Assembly (NCBI GenBank): GCA_037310415.1
Contig: CP147780.1
Location: 2,336,001 to 2,400,000 of the forward strand
DNA from: Candidatus Atabeyarchaeum deiterrae
GTDB lineage: Archaea > Asgardarchaeota > Atabeyarchaeia > Atabeyarchaeales > Atabeyarchaeaceae
Length of the DNA stretch: 64,000 nt
Direction of reading: 5' to 3'
Part shown: positions 39,932-50,184 of the stretch, in pieces
Layout: each line of letters starts with the position of its first letter
How positions within the stretch are numbered: the stretch's first letter is position 1
Program-made: the position numbers and the translations under genes
The notes under the pieces: generated by a model
The model's input: only the letters and a program-made list of their open reading frames with translations
Told to the model about the DNA's origin: nothing
Database searches by the model: none

Positions 39932-40471
39932 ATGAACCGTACGTCAGATGAGAGAGTTTGCGTTTTCATCGATGGGCAAAACCTGTATCACTCGCAGAAG
40001 CAGGAAGGCGTGGGCATAGACTATCTCAAGCTAAAGGATTTCTTAGCCGATGGCAGAAGACTTGTCAGACCGTACTACTACAGTTCAAGCATAAACGATC
40101 AGAAGCAGGAAAGGTTCTTCGACATGTTGCGCACTGCTGGTTACGAGGTGAAAGTTCTTCCTCTTATGCAGTACGAGGACAAGAAGTATGAGAAGGGCAT
40201 AGACGTTATGCTCGTCACAGACATGTTAGTCTTTGCTCACAGGGAATTCTATGACGTGGCTGTATTGGTCGCCGGAGATAGAGACTATTTGTATGCTATT
40301 AAAGCATTGAAAGAGATGGGGAAACGGGTAGAAGTAGCTTCGTTCGATCGTTCATGTTCAAGAGAACTCAGGCTATCTGCGGACAGAACTATCTCACTTA
40401 GCCAAATGGCTGAGAAGATTAAGAGGGTCAAAACAGAAGAACCTTACGACTTTGCTGACACCCCTGAATAG
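39932..40471 (+). CDS. NYN (LabA/DUF88) PIN-like domain protein
   Basis: FIDGQN, EKGIDV.LVTD, LVAGDRDY, S.EL...AD; start reassigned to ATG 39932. Confidence 0.92.
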   Translation: MNRTSDERVCVFIDGQNLYHSQKQEGVGIDYLKLKDFLADGRRLVRPYYYSSSINDQKQERFFDMLRTAGYEVKVLPLMQYEDKKYEKGIDVMLVTDMLVFAHREFYDVAVLVAGDRDYLYAIKALKEMGKRVEVASFDRSCSRELRLSADRTISLSQMAEKIKRVKTEEPYDFADTPE

Positions 40472-40675
40472 GGGGCCAGAGTCGGCAGTATTGATTTCTG
40501 GCGCTTCTAGAATTCCGGTCTCAAGTGAGCCGTAAACTGTGAGGATCTGGGTCACTTTGACTTGTTGGACGAAGTTATCTGTAGAGGACGCGTAATTTAT
40601 GTCATAGCGGGCGCTTATTTGGTGCTGGCGTGTTGAGCTCCACTGCAGCAGGAGGATTGTAGGAGGACACTAAAC

Positions 40676-41185
40676 GTGAATTCCCACTTCGCAGAAATCT
40701 CGCCGAAGTTGCTGGCACGGATACAAAGGTCCTTTGAAACGTTGAGCAAGAACTTTGCGGAAGCGTTGGCTAGACTGGATGCTGCCACTACTAGGATCTC
40801 TGCGCTTGGCGAGATCCATTTTGGACTGGCCAAGACCCTAATGAATGCCTTTGGCTTTCCTGAAGAAGGATTGTATTCGTTGACTGGCTATCCGAGACAC
40901 ATCGAAGCGATATCGTCAGCGGAGAGAACAGTAGTTAATGTAAGTGGGTTATTTCGTCCGATGATAATGAGTCTTAGAAAGCCTCGTGGAGAAATAGCTG
41001 AGGCAATTCGCGCTACAAAAGACAAAGCTGTTGAAGTCTCGAATAACCTCGACACCAAAGAGATGGAAGCAGTTGCTAGAGAACTCAATAAGAGTCCAAA
41101 CAGACTCCTTGACCTAGACGAACAAGTGGCCTATAGGAACAAGATGAACGAATGGTCTCAGCAACTCAAGGATGCAATTAGATAA
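40676..41185 (+). CDS. Hypothetical helical protein (paralogue 1 of tandem pair)
   Basis: RISALGEIH..LA; VSGLFRP; KPRGEIAEAI shared with next gene. Confidence 0.75.
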   Translation: MNSHFAEISPKLLARIQRSFETLSKNFAEALARLDAATTRISALGEIHFGLAKTLMNAFGFPEEGLYSLTGYPRHIEAISSAERTVVNVSGLFRPMIMSLRKPRGEIAEAIRATKDKAVEVSNNLDTKEMEAVARELNKSPNRLLDLDEQVAYRNKMNEWSQQLKDAIR

Positions 41186-41302
41186 CCCTGACCGCATGTA
41201 GGAGGATCAAGCCAAGTACACCATTGCCAGACTCTCGCCTTCCCAGGCCTTACCGCAAAGCTAAAACACCTGTTTTACTAAAGAGGAAAAAGGAGAGTAA
41301 CG

Positions 41303-41818
41303 ATGGAAGGAAGTTCAGCAGACGAGACCCTCAAAACTTTGACTTCTATTAAGGAGTCGTTGCGAAGGCTAAATAGCAACCTCTCAGAGTCGCTGCAGAA
41401 GCTACAGGAGGCCATCGTGCGGATCTCTTCTTTGGGTGAAATTCACATCAAGTTGGCTGTATCAATAATGGATATCTTGGGAATCCCACAAGAAGAGAGG
41501 CCATCCCTTGATTTTCCTGCTGCTCCGATTGAAGCAGTGGAATCGCAGGAGCGAGCGGAGGCGAAAGTCAGCGGATTGCTTCGCCCCATAGTCAAGAGTT
41601 TACTCAAGCCTTGTGGAGAGATCGCCAAAGCCATTATTGCATCTAAGGAGGAAATCAACAGATCAATTGGTAACTTCGATACGTATGAGTTGGAGATTCT
41701 GGCAAGAGAACTGAGCAAGGAACCTGAGAGGGAACTTGACTCCGATGAACGCATCGCGTACAGGGAGAAGATTAGGGTCTGGCATCGCGGGTTGAGAGTG
41801 GCGTTCGAGAAACCATAA
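41303..41818 (+). CDS. Hypothetical helical protein (paralogue 2 of tandem pair)
   Basis: RISSLGEIH..LA; VSGLLRP; KPCGEIAKAI. Confidence 0.75.
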   Translation: MEGSSADETLKTLTSIKESLRRLNSNLSESLQKLQEAIVRISSLGEIHIKLAVSIMDILGIPQEERPSLDFPAAPIEAVESQERAEAKVSGLLRPIVKSLLKPCGEIAKAIIASKEEINRSIGNFDTYELEILARELSKEPERELDSDERIAYREKIRVWHRGLRVAFEKP

Positions 41819-41913
41819 ATGAAAACCTTTACCCATAAGCACGGCGAATCATATTGAGTTGGAATCGAGAGTTCATTGACCCAGAGTATAATGCTGGGCC
41901 GGGTCTTATCTTG

Positions 41914-44559
41914 CTACATGTGATTTGTCAATCCTTTCACGAAACTCGATTGCTCCAATCGGTGGGCATATTTCTTGAAGAACCACCATTTCAGCAATTC
42001 CGCTAGGATCAGGTATGAGAAAACAAGTCCAAAGAGAACTACCAAATATGTATTCGGAGGACTCACGAATCCGAAGAGTTCTTGACCGAGTTTTGTGAAT
42101 GGAATCGCCAAAGCCACTAAAGCTATCGTGATGCTACTTAGGAACAGCCATTTGCTGGGTCGGCTTCTGAAGAAAGGCGTCTTCCTCGTTCTTATCACGA
42201 ACACAACAAGAGTCTGTGTCCACAGTGATTCGAGGAACCAAGCCGTCTGGAACAATTCTGGCGTTGCGCTGAAAATGAACAACATTATGGCGAATGTAAG
42301 GAAGTCAAAGATCGAGCTAATAGGCCCGAAGTAAAGCATGTAGTTCCTTACAAAAGATATGTCCAGTCTTTTTGGAGTGTCAAGGTATTCCTTATCAACA
42401 TTATCTGTTGGTATAGATATTTCAGACATGTCATACATGAGGTTGTTCAGCAGTATCTGCACTGGTTGCATCGGAAGGAACTTTAGGAATAGTGAGGCTC
42501 CAGCAGCACTAAACATGTTTCCGAAGTTTGAGCTCATTCCCATCAGAATGTATTTCATTGTATTGCCAAATGTCTTTCTGCCTTCCAGCACTCCTCTAGC
42601 AAGCACAGTTAGATCCTTGTGTGATAGTATGATGTCCGCGGTCTCCTTGGCAATGTCAACCGCATTGCTGACAGATATGCTTACGTCTGCTACTCTCATG
42701 GACGGTGCATCGTTGATGCCGTCTCCCATGAAGCCAACAACATGCCCGATTTTTTTGATTACATTAATGATTCTGTCTTTCTGAGCAGGCGTAACCCTCG
42801 CAAATATGTTCGCCTTCTCAGCTGCGGCAGCGAGCGCTTCATCAGACATTCTGTCGATCTCGTTCCCAACAAGGACCCCTTTGACCTCAAATCCTATTTG
42901 CTCACAAACACTCTGCGTGACTAGCTCATTATCGCCTGTAACGATCTTGAGCTCGATTCCAGCTCTCTTCAATAACCGCAGGGATTTCTTGGCAGTCCTC
43001 TTAGGTGGATCGGTGAAAGTGTCAAACCCAAGAAACACCAAATCACTTTCGTCCTTGACTGAATAAGCAGGCTTGCACTCCCTAAACTTCTTGTACGCGA
43101 CTGCGATGAGTCTGAGTCCTTTGGAGCTTATGGCGTGGAACCTTTCCTCTATTATCTTTCGTGTTTCCTTTGTTAAATCGGTTATCTCTCCGTTGAGTTC
43201 GTGGTGTGTACACACTTTGACAATCTCTTCCGGTGCTCCTTTGGTAATGATGATGGTTTCTCCTTCATGCTTGACTACAACTGAAACCCGTTTTCTCGTG
43301 AAGTCAAATGGGACCTCGTCGATTTTCTGATACTCGTCCACTTTTTCCTCCTTGTGTTTCAGAATTGCGTCATCGAGCGCCGTTGAAACTCCTGTTCGGT
43401 AGTGGCTGTTCAGGTAGGAGTAAAGTAGTGCTTTCTCGTTGTCTCTCCCTTTAGCATCTATATGTTGTTTCAGTGTCACTCTGTTTTCAGTTATGGTGCC
43501 AGTTTTGTCAGTACACAAAGTATCCATACTGCCGAAGTTCTGAATTGATGCAAGGCGCTTCACTATGACGCCCTTCTTGGCCATTTGGATAGCTCCTTTG
43601 GAAAGATTTATGGACACAATCATTGGCAGGAGCTCAGGCGTCAATCCGACTGCAAGTGAAACTGCAAAAAGCAAGGACTGCAGACCATCTTGGGGGAAGA
43701 TCAATGCTCTCATAAAGAAAACAAATATCACCAAGACAAATGTTACCTGCATGATCAGGTAGCCGAATCTTTTCAGGCCCCTTTCGAACTCGGTCTCAGG
43801 TCTTCTTTCAGCAATTCTCTTGGCAATTCTACCATATTGTGTGTAACTCCCAGTCCTGACGACGAGGGCAAGAGCTGAGCCACTCACAGCAGAGGTCCCC
43901 ATGAAGAGGTAGTTGGTCCACTCAGTTATTGCACTCGCATCGTTTCCCATGAGAGGTTCACATGTCTTCTCTGCTGGAAATGATTCTCCAGTCAAAGTCG
44001 ACTGATCTACGAAGAAATCCTTGGCGCTAATCACTCGTGCGTCTGCAGGCACAATGCTGCCTGCTGACATGCACACAATGTCACCAGGGACAATATCGGC
44101 CAGCTTGATTTCCCGTGGGTTTCCGTCTCTGAAAGCTGTAGTCGTGGTTGCGACCCTTTCCTTCAGCTGCTCAGCCGCTTTTCCAGCTCTACGTTCTTGC
44201 GCAAAATCCAAGACTACACTCATCAATACAATCGTGAAAATGATCATGGCAGGCGCCACTTGATTAAAGAAAAGGAGTGCTATCGTGCCGGCTATTAGCA
44301 GTATTATAACGAGGGGGTTCTTGAAACGGAGAAGGAAGTCAACGACGGCAGACCTCTTCTTTCTCATCACTATTTCATTATGTCCATAGGTCTTGAGCCG
44401 CTGATCAGCTTTCTCAGTTGTGAGACCTGTTTGGCGACTTCCGAACTCTTCCAAGATCTCATCGCACGACAGACGAATAGCTTCATCAGTGCTCGGTAAT
44501 TGTGCCCAACCTGCAATTCTCTGCGCATCTCTGTTCCGCATGTCCCCTGCAGGCTTCAC
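41914..44559 (-). CDS. mgtA: Magnesium-translocating P-type ATPase
   Basis: TGES, AVGLTPELLP, DKTGT, PFDFTRKR, GDGINDAP, SSNFGNMFS. Confidence 0.95.
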   Translation of the reverse strand: MKPAGDMRNRDAQRIAGWAQLPSTDEAIRLSCDEILEEFGSRQTGLTTEKADQRLKTYGHNEIVMRKKRSAVVDFLLRFKNPLVIILLIAGTIALLFFNQVAPAMIIFTIVLMSVVLDFAQERRAGKAAEQLKERVATTTTAFRDGNPREIKLADIVPGDIVCMSAGSIVPADARVISAKDFFVDQSTLTGESFPAEKTCEPLMGNDASAITEWTNYLFMGTSAVSGSALALVVRTGSYTQYGRIAKRIAERRPETEFERGLKRFGYLIMQVTFVLVIFVFFMRALIFPQDGLQSLLFAVSLAVGLTPELLPMIVSINLSKGAIQMAKKGVIVKRLASIQNFGSMDTLCTDKTGTITENRVTLKQHIDAKGRDNEKALLYSYLNSHYRTGVSTALDDAILKHKEEKVDEYQKIDEVPFDFTRKRVSVVVKHEGETIIITKGAPEEIVKVCTHHELNGEITDLTKETRKIIEERFHAISSKGLRLIAVAYKKFRECKPAYSVKDESDLVFLGFDTFTDPPKRTAKKSLRLLKRAGIELKIVTGDNELVTQSVCEQIGFEVKGVLVGNEIDRMSDEALAAAAEKANIFARVTPAQKDRIINVIKKIGHVVGFMGDGINDAPSMRVADVSISVSNAVDIAKETADIILSHKDLTVLARGVLEGRKTFGNTMKYILMGMSSNFGNMFSAAGASLFLKFLPMQPVQILLNNLMYDMSEISIPTDNVDKEYLDTPKRLDISFVRNYMLYFGPISSIFDFLTFAIMLFIFSATPELFQTAWFLESLWTQTLVVFVIRTRKTPFFRSRPSKWLFLSSITIALVALAIPFTKLGQELFGFVSPPNTYLVVLFGLVFSYLILAELLKWWFFKKYAHRLEQSSFVKGLTNHM

Positions 44560-44875
44560 GATTCTCGCCGTCCTTAACTCGATGATTCAAGAGTCAGGGC
44601 ACCCAATTCAAGCATTCTCGTGGTGATTATGAATTGCTAATTCTTGTTGCGGTTACGATATACGCTTTATGGTTGTATTATCAATCCCGACGACTGTCAG
44701 AACATGAGATGAAGAACAACGATGTTAGTCAGTTAAAGCTTCCCTTCGGATTTGCACGCGAACCCCAAGGGTTCCCTTCACCAAAGGAATCAGCAGGAAA
44801 GCAGATTGTACAATTCCGTTTGCTAATGCGCCACTATTTGCCCTGCCATAAGTATTTATTCGTCGAAAGTAGAGA

Positions 44876-45667
44876 ATGGAAGTGTGTGGAACTGAGGTGT
44901 CAAAAATGGGGATCAGAGTAGAGAAGAAGGATGTCGTCACAACCGTAATCATAGATATTCCTGAAGCAAAGAACGCAATTGATGGCCCAACAGCGTTGGC
45001 ACTTGCAGGCGCTTTTAGACAGTTCGAAGACGACAAGGAAGCAAGGGTCGCAGTTCTTTGGGGAGCAAATGGAACCTTCTGCGCCGGCGCCAACCTAAAG
45101 GCCATCGCAAGCGGATACAGTAATCGAGTAGCCAAGACAGGCGGCGGACCAATGGGACCCTCAAGAATGCAATTGTCGAAACCAGTTATAGCAGCAGTCG
45201 CAGGACATGCTGTTGCAGGAGGATTGGAACTTGCCCTATGGTGTGATCTACGTATAGTTGAGCGAAGCGCCATTTTTGGAGTCTTCTGCCGAAGATGGGG
45301 TGTACCATTGATCGACGGGGGCACCATAAGATTGCCAAGACTCATTGGGTTGAGTAGAGCGCTCGACATGATTCTCACAGGTCGACCGGTGACCGGAGAG
45401 GAAGCTCTCCAAATCGGTCTCGCTAATCGACTAGTAGACGATGGGCGCTCCAGATCTGAGGCTGAACAACTCGCCAGGGAAATTGCAGCTTTCCCGCAAA
45501 CCTGCATGCGAGAGGACAGACTTTCTACGTATGAGCAGTTTGGACTGCACATGAAAGAAGCTCTGGAAAACGAGCTTGAGCATGGGTTAAAAACCCTTGC
45601 AAGTGGGGAGATCTTCGAAGGCGCGAAGCGCTTCGCGAAAGGTGAGGGTAGACACGGGCAGTTCTAG
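44876..45667 (+). CDS. Enoyl-CoA hydratase/isomerase (crotonase) family
   Basis: FCAGANLK, KPVIAAVAGHAVAGGLELALWCD, RRWGVPLIDGG. Confidence 0.93.
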   Translation: MEVCGTEVSKMGIRVEKKDVVTTVIIDIPEAKNAIDGPTALALAGAFRQFEDDKEARVAVLWGANGTFCAGANLKAIASGYSNRVAKTGGGPMGPSRMQLSKPVIAAVAGHAVAGGLELALWCDLRIVERSAIFGVFCRRWGVPLIDGGTIRLPRLIGLSRALDMILTGRPVTGEEALQIGLANRLVDDGRSRSEAEQLAREIAAFPQTCMREDRLSTYEQFGLHMKEALENELEHGLKTLASGEIFEGAKRFAKGEGRHGQF

Positions 45668-45800
45668 GTTGCATCACTCTTACTTTGACTCACTCACAGG
45701 CTTCAACAGCATGTTTTAAAAGCTTCTCAACAATAGGTTGAATACAAAATAATGAATATCGGTATTGATACAATGAGTCCACAATGGGAGGGACTCGCAT

Positions 45801-46265
45801 TTGGTAAAGTTGCAGGAAACAATTGGCAAATACATGAAGACCGACTTAGTGATCGTTAGTCCAGCTTCAACATTGGCGCAGGCTGCCAAGGGCATGGCTG
45901 AGAAGGACACAGATATAGCTGTAGTCAAGTCTGGGAAGGATATCATGGGCGTTATCACGGACTCCGACATATTTCATTCAATGAAAAGCTACGTTTTCAA
46001 AGACGTTCTCGAGAATCTACCCAAAGATGTCAGCAAAGTCAAGGTGGAGGAGATAATGCACGGCACACTCTCGAAGGAATTCATGAGTGTGTGTCAATTG
46101 ACAGGATTGAAACCATGTCTCATGTTGGGCGAAGACGAAACCATAGAGGTCGCAATCAAGACAATGGGTGCAAGTGAGGCCCACCACTTGCTTGTCATTG
46201 GTTCTGACGGCTCTTTGACCGGAACGCTGTCTGCACACGACCTGCTGAAGAGTTTCATTGAGTGA
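45801..46265 (+). CDS. CBS domain pair protein
   Basis: TL.QAA..M, GVITDSDI, V.EIM, LTGTLS..DLL. Confidence 0.88.
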   Translation: MVKLQETIGKYMKTDLVIVSPASTLAQAAKGMAEKDTDIAVVKSGKDIMGVITDSDIFHSMKSYVFKDVLENLPKDVSKVKVEEIMHGTLSKEFMSVCQLTGLKPCLMLGEDETIEVAIKTMGASEAHHLLVIGSDGSLTGTLSAHDLLKSFIE

Positions 46266-46538
46266 GAATAGCACAGAATCATGAATACCAGATTCAGAAA
46301 CTCATGTCTTGCTTTCCTTTTTTTCTATAGTTGTGTCAATGAGAAGGTTCGCTTGCCAACCATGCTATATGAGCCCCAGCGAGTTCATTCTACAGAGGGA
46401 AGCAAAAGAAATAGTAAATAGAAAGTATATATCTCCGATCGATGACAAATGTCGGATAACTGCCGAACAAATGATAAGGACAATTAAAGAGAGTCTGCAA
46501 GAATCATGTGAACAGTTGCGCGATGGAGTTCCGGAAGT

Positions 46539-46841
46539 GTGAATATGTACGAGGGTTTCGAAAAGCTCGGCACAGGTCCTTCTTCTATGTACAGTATGAT
46601 GAAGAACTATCAAAGACAGGTGGATAGACTAAAGGAAAGAATGTTGTCAAACTACTTCTCACCTGACGAGATCAGATCGATTATTTCTAACATTCGTGAA
46701 GCTCTGAAGAAGCTTGGGGGAGAGGCATCGGCAAGCCAGTTCGGACTGATTCGCAATCTGATCATGAAGCTTGAGGAGCTGACCTCGATGATGAAGGAGA
46801 AGTCAAGGTGGGATAGGCGATTCGGCAAGAGCCCAAGCTGA
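46539..46841 (+). CDS. Small helical hypothetical protein (paralogue A)
   Basis: SNYFSPDEIRSIISNIREAL...KLEELT...KSRWD shared with 48138-48434. Confidence 0.72.
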   Translation: MNMYEGFEKLGTGPSSMYSMMKNYQRQVDRLKERMLSNYFSPDEIRSIISNIREALKKLGGEASASQFGLIRNLIMKLEELTSMMKEKSRWDRRFGKSPS

Positions 46842-46871
46842 GAGTCTGTGATGAAGCCACTCCTCGAGGAG

Positions 46872-47891
46872 CTACTTTGTAGCTACCTTCGGTCCCTTTG
46901 GACAGAAGTACTTCTCCTTCCTGATGACCTTTTCTTTGCTAATGAGACCTTCGAGATGTTTTTCAATCATTTTTCCTTCCCAGTAGCGAAGAAGTGGTTC
47001 GGCGTAAGGGTACTTCCCGTATATTGGGGCCATCTCTACGAGTTGGTCAATGGTCTTCCCCTTTGGTTCAAGTAGACTCAGAACCCGAGTGTCCCGCTCA
47101 TCGAATTTCGAACTGAAGGCGCTGAGTTGATCTCTGATGTCTGTCTCTATGACATTGCCATGACCCGGAACCAGGATTCGTATGTCTAGTTTTCTCAGTT
47201 TCTCTATTGAGTTCTTGAATAGGGGAATGCTCGACTCTCTGTGTCCATACCATGGACCGAAAGGCGATAGGTCATAGTCAAACGAAAAGAGGATCCGTTG
47301 ATTTGGTTCATAGAGGCAGTAGTGATCCAAGGTATGTCCAGGTGTGTGAATAGGCAATAGGGCAACTGTCCCAAATTCGAATGACTTCTTCTCGTCGTAC
47401 ATGTCCGTTGGTCTACAATTCCTGAAATCCATGACCTTTGCGACGAAGTCGCGCCAATACTCTGCGAGAAAACCTGGTTCGGCAAGTCTTTCCGACAATG
47501 CCACGATGTTACCACTCGTATCATAGCCCTCTCTGGGTACGTAGATGGCGCTGACACTATCCCTGAATAACCAATTGCCGGCAGAGTGGTCGGGATGGGT
47601 ATGTGAGTTAATGATGCAGTTGACGTTGAACTTTTCTTTGATTGTTCTCAGAACATCAATTCCACAGCCGGTATCCACAAGCGTAAATTTGCCTTCGTTC
47701 CCTGCGACAAGTACTGAGTTGGAGTACGGAAATCTGCCATTGTTTTTTCCATGAACTAGGAATATGTTCGGCGCAATCTGTTCAGACTCTTTCTGATCCT
47801 TTGTCAATGGGCTCTTAGCGGTCATAAGACACCAATTACAGGTACAACCAACTTGCCATATTTCGTTTCCTAGACGTTGAGAGTGAGACAT
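46872..47891 (-). CDS. Metallo-beta-lactamase fold hydrolase
   Basis: SHTHPDHSAG, TPGHT, PGHG; true start probably downstream (~47823). Confidence 0.9.
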   Translation of the reverse strand: MSHSQRLGNEIWQVGCTCNWCLMTAKSPLTKDQKESEQIAPNIFLVHGKNNGRFPYSNSVLVAGNEGKFTLVDTGCGIDVLRTIKEKFNVNCIINSHTHPDHSAGNWLFRDSVSAIYVPREGYDTSGNIVALSERLAEPGFLAEYWRDFVAKVMDFRNCRPTDMYDEKKSFEFGTVALLPIHTPGHTLDHYCLYEPNQRILFSFDYDLSPFGPWYGHRESSIPLFKNSIEKLRKLDIRILVPGHGNVIETDIRDQLSAFSSKFDERDTRVLSLLEPKGKTIDQLVEMAPIYGKYPYAEPLLRYWEGKMIEKHLEGLISKEKVIRKEKYFCPKGPKVATK

Positions 47892-48137
47892 GAGAAAAAC
47901 GCGAAATCATCGGCTTGAGAATCATTCTATTGTTTCTTCATAGTCCGAGCTTCCCCCCTCCCCCTCACTTGAGAAGATCGAAATCAAAGACATCAAAACA
48001 GTGGTCGAATAAGAAAAGGGTATATCTACTGAATAATCAAAGTTCTATTGTGGTACTTGCTCGGCGCCGCTCAAATTGCGACAATCGCTGACTATAGCAG
48101 TTTGAATCCAATGAAATACCTGAATTGGTGTGCTATC

Positions 48138-48434
48138 ATGAATCGGAGCTTCGTGGAACGCAACTTGGGGTCTCCTCTGATTGACAACGAAATGAAGGAC
48201 TACGAAAGAGAGATAGCTAGGCTTAAGGATGAGTTGGTCTCTAACTACTTTTCTCCGGAGGAGATTAGAGGAATCATCTGTAACGTGCGCGAAGCTCTCA
48301 CAAGACTTGCGGAGCAAGCATCATTTGACCAGTGTTGCCTGATACGTGATCTGACTGTGAAACTTGAGGAGCTAACCATGGTCATGCAAGCCAAATCAAG
48401 GTGGGACAAACGACTTTCGACGGGAGCACACTGA
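48138..48434 (+). CDS. Small helical hypothetical protein (paralogue B)
   Basis: SNYFSPEEIRGIICNVREAL...KLEELT...KSRWD; start reassigned to ATG 48138 to match paralogue length. Confidence 0.72.
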   Translation: MNRSFVERNLGSPLIDNEMKDYEREIARLKDELVSNYFSPEEIRGIICNVREALTRLAEQASFDQCCLIRDLTVKLEELTMVMQAKSRWDKRLSTGAH

Positions 48435-48582
48435 CTACGCGGTAAATCCGTACACTACCGAATCCGATTCGTTGTTCTTTACGAGTTCTAACATCATTCT
48501 AATTCCATCAATATAACTTCAATCTCTATCCGTCCACATGAATCAAAGCAAAAAAAAACTGAGGAAAAAGAGAAGATAACAG

Positions 48583-49008
48583 GTGAGTTGCGTCTTTAGA
48601 GATATCATTGGAAAGCATTTATATGAACAGGGAGCAAGAGAAATCGAGGAGATGGAGAGAACGAGCAAGAAAGCTAAGCACATGGGTATGAACTTGTCGG
48701 AAGTCGAACATGAGAAATGGCATATAGAGCATCCGGAAATGACTCCAGACCAGCACAAAGCATTCATGAAGAAGATGGGTATTAGTGAGGAAGAGGATAA
48801 GGAGTGGCATAAGACTCGAGAGACAACCATAGTAACAACAGGTGAGCCAAGCAAGAAAATGGTGAATCCATTCGCCATAGGTGGAGCCTTTTTGGCCTAT
48901 TGTGTTAAACAAGGTTGGTTGATTCAAGAGGGCAGTGGAAGAGATGCCAGATACTTTGTGACTCGGACAGGCGAAGTAGAACTCAGGAAGTACGGTGTCA
49001 ATGCCTAA
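48583..49008 (+). CDS. Hypothetical protein with His-containing repeats and C-terminal winged-helix-like segment
   Basis: MG..SE.EH.KWH-like motif twice; GWLIQEGSGRDARYFVT..G. Confidence 0.6.
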   Translation: MSCVFRDIIGKHLYEQGAREIEEMERTSKKAKHMGMNLSEVEHEKWHIEHPEMTPDQHKAFMKKMGISEEEDKEWHKTRETTIVTTGEPSKKMVNPFAIGGAFLAYCVKQGWLIQEGSGRDARYFVTRTGEVELRKYGVNA

Positions 49009-49097
49009 AATGAGTGGTTAGGCTCACTGTACCAGTATACAATCTGTGACGGAATGGAAGAAGACGCCACGGAACACTTGCGTTTTCAATGTAAGCT

Positions 49098-50108
49098 CTA
49101 TTTCTCTAGGCGTTTGTCAATTTGCGCAAGCTTTCTTACAATGACAGCAAGGAGATCCTTCAGTTCCTTTATGTCGCGCTTCGATGATTCTACTTCCAGC
49201 TTCAACCTTAGAATCTCGTCACCTATCCCTATCTGAGTGTCTCCTTTCTTCTTCCCACTTCTCGCAATTACCAGACTTCCTCTGATTATCCTGATCATGT
49301 CATCTCTGGCTGTTGGACTTGTCGCGGAAAGCCCATAGGTAGGAACTCCAAGAACCCTTTCAATGAGACTCGGGTTTCCTGCTGAGGGCATGTCCTGCTT
49401 GTTTGCAATGGCAAAGACTGCAACTCCTTTCGCAGCATCAGATATTCTGCTTGCGAGGTTCTTAGCTCTTACAGTGTTCTCTATTGTTGAATCTAGTACG
49501 ACAAATACTATCCCTGCTCCGCGGATGAGTTGCTCCCACCCTTTGCCGTCAATACCCTCGCCTGGAATGTCCCATACCACTGCCTCAAACTTGTCGAAAG
49601 TGGACTTCTTGATTGTCGCCACTGTTGATGGCTCATAATTTGGTGAGATCTGTTCCTTGGCTAGGCTTTTGGCAATCGTTGTCTTGCCTACTTTCGGGTC
49701 GCCTATGAGAACGATCTTCACTTTTGCTTCTTCATGGATCACCTTGTCGAGTTCAGCATCGTATGCTTTGAATTTTGATAAGTCGCCACCTTTCAGCTGT
49801 GAGACTTGGTCTCCATACTGGTAAAGGAATTGGCTGGCAATCTTTCGGATGTCTTCTCTTACATACTGGTCGTCGTCATCTCGGTCTACGTAGAAAATGA
49901 TCATTATGTTTTCGAATGCCCCATAGACGAACTTGAGGTTCTTCATCACTATGGAGTCCATTTCTCCACTGCCCAACTCCGAAGAGAATCTAGACACTGC
50001 TACAAGAAAACCCGAGACTAAAACTTCATCGAGCTTCTCTTGGCTGTATGCCTTGTGGAAGACGATCGCTCCGTCACTCTTGCGCAGGATGTATACTCCG
50101 CGGATCAT
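49098..50108 (-). CDS. Longin-domain + Arf-like small GTPase + C-terminal coiled coil
   Basis: MIRGVYIL..DG..., LVSGFLVAVSRFS.E (longin); G1 GDPKVGKTT, WDIPGE, NKQD, SAT; heptad tail. Confidence 0.9.
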   Translation of the reverse strand: MIRGVYILRKSDGAIVFHKAYSQEKLDEVLVSGFLVAVSRFSSELGSGEMDSIVMKNLKFVYGAFENIMIIFYVDRDDDDQYVREDIRKIASQFLYQYGDQVSQLKGGDLSKFKAYDAELDKVIHEEAKVKIVLIGDPKVGKTTIAKSLAKEQISPNYEPSTVATIKKSTFDKFEAVVWDIPGEGIDGKGWEQLIRGAGIVFVVLDSTIENTVRAKNLASRISDAAKGVAVFAIANKQDMPSAGNPSLIERVLGVPTYGLSATSPTARDDMIRIIRGSLVIARSGKKKGDTQIGIGDEILRLKLEVESSKRDIKELKDLLAVIVRKLAQIDKRLEK

Positions 50109-50184
50109 GGAGGAATATTCACGCTCCTTCTATCATCTTAGTTCGAGGGAGCATAAATATTCATTCCAAGTGTTGCGATTTTCG

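Noticed and set aside
44725-45552. 275-aa ORF antisense to the crotonase gene (and many similar shadow ORFs across the window)
   Set aside because: Mirror frame of a clearly recognisable gene with no motifs of its own.
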